Assembly (NCBI GenBank): GCA_963755715.1
Contig: CAVWLW010000046.1
Coordinates: 1 to 16,064, forward strand
DNA: 16,064 nucleotides
Reading direction: 5' to 3'
Origin: an uncultured delta proteobacterium
Lineage (GTDB): Bacteria; Desulfobacterota; Binatia; UBA9968
Numbering within the stretch: position 1 is the stretch's first letter; the number at the start of each line of letters is the position of its first letter. A model generated the notes under the pieces. The model saw only the letters and a program-made list of their open reading frames with translations, was not told the DNA's origin and did no database searches. A program made the position numbers and the translations under genes. This document shows positions 8,729-16,064 of this stretch, one piece after another.

Positions 8729-10111
8729 ATGGATGGAATTGATCTGCTGGTTAAAAACGGCGCGGTTTGGACGCCGGGCGGGTTTGTCGATGCCGATATC
8801 GCGGTCAAAGACGGCAAAATTGCGGCGCTCGGCAAGCCGCCGGTGTTGCCGGACACGGCTGCGGCGATGATCGATGCCAAAGGGATGAAGGTGATTCCCG
8901 GCTTGATCGACACGCATACCCATCACCGCGATCCGGGATTTACCCATAAAGAAGACATCACGACGGCCACCATGGCCGCGGCCGCGGGCGGTGTGACTTT
9001 TTCGATCGGCATGCCCAATGTGAATCCTCCCACCACCACGGTCGGGCGCTACCGCGCGCTGGTGGAACATCATAGCAAGAATGCCATCGTCGATTTCAAC
9101 CACAATCCTTCCGGCACCGTGCCCGAGGAGATTCCCGCACTGGCAAAAGAAGGGCCGCTCGCATTCAAAATCTTCATGGTCAAGGACACCGGGCGCGATT
9201 ATCCCCACATGCCCGGCATCGGCATCAACAACAACGGCGAACTTTTCAAGTGCTTCGAAACCGTTGGTCAAACCGGATTGCCATTGATGGTCCACCCGCA
9301 CGATCAGGATCTGATGGATGAGATCGAAGGCCGCTACTGGAAGCGTGAAGATCGCAGCCCGCAAGCCTACGCGAAAGCATACCGCGACTATGACGGCATC
9401 ATCTGGGACACGGCGATGAGCACGCTCTTCCGCATGCAGAAAGCTCTCGGCGCTCGGCTCCATATCTTACACATGACCACACCGGAAGGATTGGCCATGC
9501 TGCGCCGCGCCAAGGATGAAGGTCGGCCGTGCAGCTGCGAGGTCAATCCCTGGGCGATGTTTCTCGGCACCTGGGAAAACGTCGAGAAGCTGGGGCCCTA
9601 CTGCTTGGGGTTTTGGGTGCCGCCGGCGCACGTCGAGGGGCTTTGGCAAGCGATCAACGACGGCACGGTGGATATTATCGGCACGGACCACGCGCCGCAC
9701 ACCAAAGAGGAAAAAGACAAGGGCTGGCACGATATGTGGAGTTGTCCCGGCGGCGAGCCGCAGATTCAGGATTACCTAAGTTTATTTCTCACCGCGGTCA
9801 ACGAAGGCAAATTGTCTCTCGATACTTTAGTGCGGATTTCTTCTTACAACGCCGCGAAGATTTTTAACGTATATCCGAAAAAGGGTGTGCTTTTGCCCGG
9901 CTCCGACGCCGACATGGTGATCGTCGATATGAACAAGGAAGAAGTCATTAGCAACGAGACGACTTACACGAAAGTCGGCTGGACGCCGTATCATGGCCGA
10001 AAAGTAAAAGGCGTGCCGATCCGCACGATCCTGCGCGGTAAAACGGTGATGCAAGATGGCAAGATTATCGGCAAGCCGGGAGACGGGCAGCTGGTGAAGC
10101 CGCTGCGCTGA
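8729..10111 (+). CDS. Dihydroorotase-family cyclic amidohydrolase (dihydroorotase/allantoinase/hydantoinase superfamily)
   Basis: PGLIDTHTHHRDPG metal motif with the Arg typical of dihydroorotases, AAAAGGVT, MPNVNP, FKIFM (candidate carboxylated Lys), HPHD, HILH, GTDHAPH, KGVLLPGSDAD and KVGWTPYHG. Confidence 0.88.
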   Translation: MDGIDLLVKNGAVWTPGGFVDADIAVKDGKIAALGKPPVLPDTAAAMIDAKGMKVIPGLIDTHTHHRDPGFTHKEDITTATMAAAAGGVTFSIGMPNVNPPTTTVGRYRALVEHHSKNAIVDFNHNPSGTVPEEIPALAKEGPLAFKIFMVKDTGRDYPHMPGIGINNNGELFKCFETVGQTGLPLMVHPHDQDLMDEIEGRYWKREDRSPQAYAKAYRDYDGIIWDTAMSTLFRMQKALGARLHILHMTTPEGLAMLRRAKDEGRPCSCEVNPWAMFLGTWENVEKLGPYCLGFWVPPAHVEGLWQAINDGTVDIIGTDHAPHTKEEKDKGWHDMWSCPGGEPQIQDYLSLFLTAVNEGKLSLDTLVRISSYNAAKIFNVYPKKGVLLPGSDADMVIVDMNKEEVISNETTYTKVGWTPYHGRKVKGVPIRTILRGKTVMQDGKIIGKPGDGQLVKPLR

Positions 10112-10259
10112 GTGAATTCAGCTCTTCAAACAACGATCCGGTTCGTCTTAAGCTAATAGGAGATAATAAACTGGAAGGGACCGGTCTTTAGGGGTCTGAG
10201 GGGCGGGCGAGACGATAGAATTTCAAGCTTGAAAAAGGGGAACTGATCCTGATTTCTGA

Positions 10260-11594
10260 TTATGTCGCCACAGTTTCGATCTGCTCGTCCGCATCGATCT
10301 TGTTGACGATCAAACCGGAGAGCAGCTTGGGATAAAAATAGGTCGATTTCTGCGGCATCTTTTCGCCCGTCGAGACGATGGCGAGAATTTCTTCCGCCTT
10401 GGTTGCGTTGAGAATAAAAGCTGCCTGGTAGTCTTCTTTTTCCAAAGCTTGGAGCGCGCTCTCTTCGTCTTGCGTGTAGCGGATGTTGCCCTCACTGACT
10501 TGCTGCTCGGCGGGCATGCCGAGAATATGTTCTAAAATCAGCAAGTGTAGTGTGCTTACATCGAGCTCGCGCAGCGGCGCGCTTAAATCTTTGGCCAAGC
10601 CGCTGCATGATTCGTTTGTTCTTGAGCCTGAGGATCAAATAGCGCGGGTCGCGTTTGAAGCTGGCGCCGATGACGTGATGTTTTTTCGCCGCGGTCTTGA
10701 GCGCCTTCAGAAATGACGCTTTCCCTTCAGGCGTCTTGGGATGCTGTTCGACGTAAAAGTAGTTTTGCAGCGTCTCTTCGAGCTCCAGAAACGGCTTGTG
10801 CGCGTAGCCGCGTACGAGTCGATGGGTCGGCAGGATGACGACGTTTTCATCGTGCACGTTGGCGAAGTAAGTCAGGATGTAGTTGAACGCCTCCCGGCCA
10901 TTCCATTGGCCGCGCGCGTTGCGCATGTGATTGCGATAGTTAAGCGTCGCCTCGTAACGATGATGACCGTCGGCGATCAATAACGACTGGTCTTTCATTT
11001 CCTGCTGTAGCTTTTCGATCAGCGCCGGATCAGTGATACGCCACAGGCGGCATTCATCCCCATTATCCTGTTCGATTTCGATAAAGGGCGGTGCGCCTTC
11101 GACCGCGACCGCGAGCAGATGATTGATCGTTGGCTTTGGCTGAGCATAGAGCGCGAAGATCGGGCTCAGCTGCGCCTGCGTTGCGAGCATCAATTTTAGC
11201 CGGTCTTCCTTCGGCGCGTCGAGGGTTTTTTCATGCGGCCGGATATCGCCGCTGGAAAGATCTTGCAACTCGACGAGCGCGAAAAAGCCGGTGGCGAAGT
11301 TTTTGATTCGCCACTTTTAAGTTTGAAGCGCTGCGTCAAAAAATAAATCGCCGGCGTTTCGTCGCGCTCCAAAATGCCCTGCGCTTGCCATTCAATTAAA
11401 GTTTGCGCTACCGAATTGTACGAGTCGGGTTCCTGACTCAGATCGAGGCGGACGAAATTGTAAGGCGATTTCTTGTAGAGTTTTTCCTGCTCTTCTTTGG
11501 AAATAACGTCGTAGGGCGGCGCCACGACCTTGGCCAGATCTCGAATTTTCTTTTGGTTGTAAAAAACCCCCCGAAACGGAGCGATGCGTATCAT
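10260..11594 (-). CDS. DUF1015 family protein, split by frameshifts near 11290-11305 and 10598
   Basis: Consecutive parts in ORFs 11196..11594 (IAPFRG, VVAPPYDVIS, SPYNFVRL), 10492..11268 (IRPHEKT, LIADGHHRYE, ILPTHRLV) and 10260..10598 (MPQKSTYFYPKLLSGL). Confidence 0.9.
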
Positions 11595-11616
11595 AGTCGT
11601 TTTATCGGTGAAAGCT

Positions 11617-12489
11617 TTATTGCTGCCGCGCCACGCCGAGGTTCATCGCGCCGATCCCTTCAATCTCGGACTTCAAGACGTCGCCCGGCTTGAGCTTTTC
11701 CTGGAATTCCGGCGAGTCCGGATTGCCCGTCGTGAGCAAATCGCCCGGTAATAGGGTCGTGACTTCGGATAAGAAACTGATTTGCGTGGCGATGTCGTTG
11801 ATCATCGCGTCGGTTTTCGCCGATTGCTTGAGCTCGCCGTTGATCCACAGCTTCATCCATAGATTGTGCGGATCGGCGATCTCATCTTTTGTGGTGATCC
11901 ACGGTCCGATCGGGGCAAAAGTTTCGAAGCCTTTGCGTACGTTGCGGGTGCCGGAAAGGTTCTTGCTCAAACCGTAGCCGCGCGCGGTCACGTCGAGCAT
12001 GATCGTGTAGCCGAAGACCACGTCAAAGGCGCGCGCCTTGCTGACGTGACGGGCCTTTTTGCCGATCACCACGCAAAGCTCCAACTCGGGAAAGATCGAC
12101 TCGGCATTTTTAGGAATGAGAATATTATCTTCGGGCCCGGCGATCGCTGACGGCGGTTTCAGAAAAATGTTTTCGAGCAGTTCCTCTGGCGAGGTTTTGG
12201 CGGCGGTTCCTCGCCCGCGAGCATCGTCTAATCCCGCGGTGCCGCGCTTATAGTTGCCGGCCGCAGCCCAAATCTTCGATGGGTTTTCGACGGGCGGTTT
12301 GAGGCGTTTGGCATCGAGTCCCACGCCGGTGCCACCGGCTGCCAGCGCATCCAATTTGCCCTTAATGCCGTCATAGGCTGTGATGAGATCGATCATCGTC
12401 GATCCCTTGGGCAATAGCTCGCCGATTGAGATCAGGGTTTCATTTTTTACAATCGCAAGCTCATTCGGTTTGATCGCCGCTAATTTCAT
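11617..12489 (-). CDS. Fumarylacetoacetate hydrolase (FAH) family protein
   Basis: PSKIWAAAGNY, FLKPPSA, PELELCVVIGK, GYTIMLDVTAR, KGFETFAPIGPWI and LLPGDLLTTGNP; AAGGAG RBS. Confidence 0.93.
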   Translation of the reverse strand: MKLAAIKPNELAIVKNETLISIGELLPKGSTMIDLITAYDGIKGKLDALAAGGTGVGLDAKRLKPPVENPSKIWAAAGNYKRGTAGLDDARGRGTAAKTSPEELLENIFLKPPSAIAGPEDNILIPKNAESIFPELELCVVIGKKARHVSKARAFDVVFGYTIMLDVTARGYGLSKNLSGTRNVRKGFETFAPIGPWITTKDEIADPHNLWMKLWINGELKQSAKTDAMINDIATQISFLSEVTTLLPGDLLTTGNPDSPEFQEKLKPGDVLKSEIEGIGAMNLGVARQQ

Positions 12490-12612
12490 GCATCGCTCCT
12501 TTCAACTCAGCTCTGTTCAATATCTGGAAGCGGCGATTTTGACAAGACGGGTGGCGCTGCGCGTCGAATGATCGTCAATTGATCCGATGGCACCGCTGTG
12601 GCATAAAAAATC

Positions 12613-13483
12613 GTGGCACAATCTTGGTTGCAACTGTCGATTCGCACTGGTGCGGCCGACATTGATACGTTTTCAAACTTCGTCATCGAACGCGGCTCGC
12701 CCGGCATTGTCGTGAAACGAGACGGCTTGGATGCCTTCTTTCCGAGGTCGCGCAAGGATGCGGCGTTGCGACGCGAAGTGCGGCGTTTTGTCGATGCTCA
12801 TGCTCGGCACACCGTTCGGGCGCGCGAGCCGCGGCTCCGATGGAAAGTGATTCAGCAGGAAAATTGGCAACAGTCATGGAAACGCTTCATCAAGCCGCGG
12901 CGTGTCGGCGAAAGTTTTTGGGTCACGCCGCCGTGGCTCACCCCGCCGCACTTTCGCCGTCGTCAGGTGATTACGATCGAGCCGGGCATGGCCTTCGGCA
13001 CCGGCACCCATGCGACCACGCGCGCTTGTATGGAATTTCTCGAAATTGTCCGCGCGCGCGTCGGCGCCGGTAAATTTACCGGTTTGGACGTCGGTACAGG
13101 CTCGGGAATACTCGCCATCGCCTTGGCGCTATTGGGCGCGAGCGAAATCCGCGCGATCGATAATGACCCTGTGGCGGTGAAAGTCGCCGCTGAAAATTTG
13201 CACGTCAACCGGGTCGTGGAGAAAGTCCAGCTAAGCGCTACGAAGCTCAGTTCGATCAGACAGACTTTCACGGTAGTGGTCGCCAATCTCACCGCGGAGA
13301 CGATTGGCGAACTTGGCGAAACACTGCAAAGACGAGTAGCGCCCACAGGATATCTCATTTTGTCGGGAATCTTGTATCAGAGAGCGAGCGCCATCGTTCG
13401 CCGTTTTCGCGGAAAAATTTCGCCTCCTGGAGCGGCGGCGCAGGCAGGAATGGGTGACTTTGCTGTTGCGACGAAAAGATTAA
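12613..13483 (+). CDS. prmA: Ribosomal protein L11 methyltransferase; frameshift in the A-run at 13413-13417
   Basis: ENWQQSWK, IEPGMAFGTGTHATT, LDVGTGSGILAI, DNDPVAV, VVANL and LILSGIL. Removing one A gives GKFRLLERRRRQEWVTLLLRRKD-stop (TAA 13481-13483), restoring the conserved C-terminal EW and ending 6 bp before rsmE. Confidence 0.92.
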
Positions 13484-13489
13484 ATCCTC

Positions 13490-14231
13490 ATGGCGCGTTT
13501 TTTTCTTCCGAAAGAAAAGATCCACGGGAGCCGCGGCGTCCTCGATGGTCAGGAGCTCGCGCATTTGGGCCGGGTTTTGCGTCTGCGTGCCGGCGACTCG
13601 GTCACCGTTTTCGACGATTCGGGCTGGGAGCATGACGCCGTGATTGAATCCCTGAGCGCGGCGCAGGGCGAGCTCAAAATTCTGCGCTCTTATGAAACCG
13701 CGACGGGAATCGGCGCTGCCAATCACTTTGGCTGTCGGCCTGACCAAGGGAGAAAAAATCGATTTCGTCGTCGAAAAAGCGACCGAGCTCGGCGTGCAAA
13801 CGATCGTGCCTTTTACCTCGGAGTATGCCGTGCCCAAGTTGGATGCAGAAAAGATTGCCAAGCGAACCGAGCGCTGGCAGAAGATCGCCGTGAGCGCGGC
13901 AAAGCAGTGCGGCCGAACGCGCGTGCCGGAAATTCTGCCGCTTTGTGATTATCATAGATTGGTCAGCCAGCCATGGCCGGATATCCTGAAGCTGATCTTT
14001 TGGGAAAAGGAAACGGATCAATCGCTGCAGCAAGTTTACGAAAGGCATCGCGAGGCCAAGGCAGTGCTTCTCGCGGTCGGACCGGAAGGCGGCTTTACGA
14101 TGGAAGAAGCCGCGGCGGCCAGATCACAAAGTTTCGAGCCGGTGCACATCGGCCGGCGTATTCTCCGCGCCGAAACCGCGGCACTGGCCGCGCTTGCGCT
14201 CGTGCAGTATCTGTGGGGAGATCTAAAATAG
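13490..14231 (+). CDS. rsmE: 16S rRNA m3U1498 methyltransferase; frameshift near 13695-13697
   Basis: N-terminal part MARFF..HLGRVLRLRAGD (ORF 13490) joins KGEKIDFVVEKATELGV, AAKQCGR, VGPEGGF and GRRILRAETA (ORF 13692..14231) after removing one A. Confidence 0.93.
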
Positions 14232-14298
14232 CTTACCCTTGTTTCGACTGCGGGCTTTTTCTAGCATAAATTGATCTTAACCGATTGTTTGGGAACCC

Positions 14299-14997
14299 AT
14301 GAATTGTCAAAACTGTGATGCGCCGGTGCTCGTGTCGGACGAGCGCTGCGAAAAATGCGGCGCCAAATTGCTCCACCGTCGAGTATTTCTCGGCGCTGCG
14401 AAGACCGAAGATTTCACTCTGACCGGCGACGAGCCGGCGAGGGACCTTGACGACGCGCTGGCCGAGGAAGATTTTGAGCCATTGTTCCAAGGCGAATTGG
14501 CGCAAGCCCCGCATGCGGTCGTGATCGACAGCATCGACAGCGCGCCGCCTGTGCAGCCGCGTTACGGTGGATTCTGGCGCCGCCTCGGCGCCTTTATTAT
14601 CGACCTCGCGATGATTTTTTTGCTCTGCGCGGTCATGGCAGCGATGGCGTACGTCGCGTATAAGGTCGGTCTAGCCGCGCATAATCGCCGCGTCTCGTTG
14701 GGCAACGCGAGTCCGCTTGTGGTATTGCTGACCATGGCTGGGCTGTTTCTGACCACGGCCTATTTTGTTCTGTTTCACGGCATGGACGGCCAGACGATCG
14801 GCAAGGTAGTGTTTCACTTGCGCGTCGTCGGCGCGGACCGGCAGCGGATCAGTTATCGACGCGCGCTCTTGCGCTGGCTCGGAACCGTCGGATTTGGCGT
14901 GGCGAGCATTGGACTGAGCCTGCTCTGGATACTCTGGAGCCGGGAGAAGCGCGGCTGGCATGATTTCCTGGCGCGCACTTGGGTCATTCGAGATTGA
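14299..14997 (+). CDS. RDD family membrane protein with N-terminal zinc ribbon and acidic linker
   Basis: CQNC-x10-CEKCG; YGGFWRRLGAFIID, GQTIGK...LRVV, ALLRW and KRGWHDFLARTWV. Confidence 0.9.
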   Translation: MNCQNCDAPVLVSDERCEKCGAKLLHRRVFLGAAKTEDFTLTGDEPARDLDDALAEEDFEPLFQGELAQAPHAVVIDSIDSAPPVQPRYGGFWRRLGAFIIDLAMIFLLCAVMAAMAYVAYKVGLAAHNRRVSLGNASPLVVLLTMAGLFLTTAYFVLFHGMDGQTIGKVVFHLRVVGADRQRISYRRALLRWLGTVGFGVASIGLSLLWILWSREKRGWHDFLARTWVIRD

Positions 14998-15018
14998 ACA
15001 GCGCGAGCTGAAAAAACT

Positions 15019-15993
15019 ATGCGGAATTTAAAAATCGGGGTCGTGATGGACCCTGTCGATAAGATCCATATCGATAAGGACACGACGTTCGTCCTGATGC
15101 TCGAAGCGCAGCGGCGCGGCCATGAAATCTATTTCATGGAGCTCGATGATTTGTACAGTCGCGGCGGCACCCCGCAGAGTCGCTATCGCCGGCTCGAACT
15201 GGTGCGCGCGACGCCGCATTACCGCTTTGGCCAGGAGCGCACCGGCGCGCTGGAAGAGTTCGACAGCGTCTGGATGCGTAAAGACCCGCCCTTCGACATG
15301 AAGTTTTTTTTCGCGACTCATTTATTGAGCCTGATCGATCCAAGCAGATGTTTCATCATGAACGATCCGAAAGGTCTGCGCGAGGCCAATGAAAAGCTTT
15401 ATGCGTTACGCTTTCCGGAACAGATTCCGCAGACCCTGGTCAGCAGCGACATGGGCCGCCTGAAAGCGTTCATGGGCGAACTGGATGGCGAGCTGATCAT
15501 CAAGCCGCTCGACGGCAGCGGCGGCAGCGGCGTCTTTTATTTGAACGCGCAAGATCGAAACACCAACTCGATATTGGAAGCGGCCACCGACAACGGGCGG
15601 CGGCTCGTCATGGGGCAACGCTACTTGCCGGAGATCCGCCAGGGCGACAAACGCATTATTGTCCTCAACGGCGAGCCGCTCGGAGCAGTGTTGCGCGTTC
15701 CCTTGGAATCCGAGACGCGCGGCAATATTCACGTCGGCGGACAATGCGTCAAGACCGAAGTCACGGCGCGTGACCGGGAGATTTGCGCGGCGCTCGCGCC
15801 GTTGCTCCGAGCCGACGGCTTATATTTCGTCGGCTTGGATGTGATCGGAAGTTTTCTGACCGAAGTCAACGTGACCAGCCCCACCGGCATTCAGGAAATC
15901 AATGCGCTCGACGGCGTGCGCTTGGAAAGCCAAGTGATCGACTTCGTCGAACAGCGAGCGGAAAAACTCGCGCGAAATTCGCCGGATTCTTGA
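15019..15993 (+). CDS. gshB: Glutathione synthetase (prokaryotic ATP-grasp)
   Basis: VVMDP, KDTTFVLMLEAQRRG, MRKDPPFD, ANEKL, IKPLDGSGG, GDKRI, RGNIHVGG, GLDVIG and EVNVTSPTG. Confidence 0.97.
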   Translation: MRNLKIGVVMDPVDKIHIDKDTTFVLMLEAQRRGHEIYFMELDDLYSRGGTPQSRYRRLELVRATPHYRFGQERTGALEEFDSVWMRKDPPFDMKFFFATHLLSLIDPSRCFIMNDPKGLREANEKLYALRFPEQIPQTLVSSDMGRLKAFMGELDGELIIKPLDGSGGSGVFYLNAQDRNTNSILEAATDNGRRLVMGQRYLPEIRQGDKRIIVLNGEPLGAVLRVPLESETRGNIHVGGQCVKTEVTARDREICAALAPLLRADGLYFVGLDVIGSFLTEVNVTSPTGIQEINALDGVRLESQVIDFVEQRAEKLARNSPDS

Positions 15994-16035
15994 CTCCCCC
16001 GCGCTTTTACGCAATATTTCAGCTTTCACTCGTAT

Positions 16036-16064
16036 GGCCAGGTAGCTCAGTCGGTAGAGCAGAG
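16036..16064 (+). tRNA. 5' part of a tRNA, truncated by the window end; possibly tRNA-Phe, anticodon not visible
   Basis: GGCCAGG acceptor strand, TA, D-arm GCTC-AGTCGGTA-GAGC, then AGAG. The isotype is a guess from resemblance to bacterial tRNA-Phe 5' ends. Confidence 0.85.

Noticed and set aside
7802-9463. Long antisense ORFs 7802..8545 (+) and 8726..9463 (-), and similar ones elsewhere
   Set aside because: Shadow frames of well-supported genes, expected from GC-rich codon usage; no motifs.
8729-10111. Assigning the symbol pyrC or allB
   Set aside because: The family is clear but the substrate is not; no pyr or purine-catabolism context in the window.
10260-11594. Three separate small genes or a true pseudogene
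   Set aside because: The pieces are collinear parts of one DUF1015 protein with intact motifs, and the window shows a general insertion-error pattern.
13418-13948. C-terminal extensions of PrmA (to 13635) and of the RsmE N-terminal ORF (to 13948) as novel domains or overlapping genes
   Set aside because: Out-of-frame read-through after single-base insertions; the canonical termini are present in the adjacent frame.
15990-16064. tRNA-anchored genomic island or tRNA promoter
   Set aside because: The tRNA 3' end lies outside the window, with no integrase or att duplicate visible. TTGACT at 15990 lacks a convincing -10 box.

Overview
A GC-rich bacterial window with no transposase, integrase, phage or CRISPR genes. 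Gene style suggests an uncultured deltaproteobacterial lineage such as Ca. Binatia, which is inference only. It holds (1) a + strand signalling cluster: multi-GAF histidine kinase (5' end outside the window), stand-alone receiver protein and sigma54/NtrC-type activator; (2) a - strand uptake/catabolic run: solute-binding protein, FbpB-type permease, 4,5-dihydroxyphthalate-decarboxylase-like protein and PPOX/F420-type protein, divergent from a dihydroorotase-family amidohydrolase; (3) DUF1015 and FAH-family genes on the - strand; (4) prmA-rsmE-RDD-gshB followed by the 5' part of a tRNA. Four genes carry five frameshifts, all repairable by deleting extra bases, so these are most likely long-read errors. 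The most unusual signal is non-coding. Every gene junction from 1.8 to 5.8 kb holds palindromic repeat DNA, mostly degenerate 7-bp-period units with different consensus sequences, usually starting at the upstream stop codon. It includes two copies of a 160-190 bp inverted-repeat element bracketing the receiver gene, and one hairpin that appears to supply the RBS, start codon and first ~24 codons of the PPOX gene.
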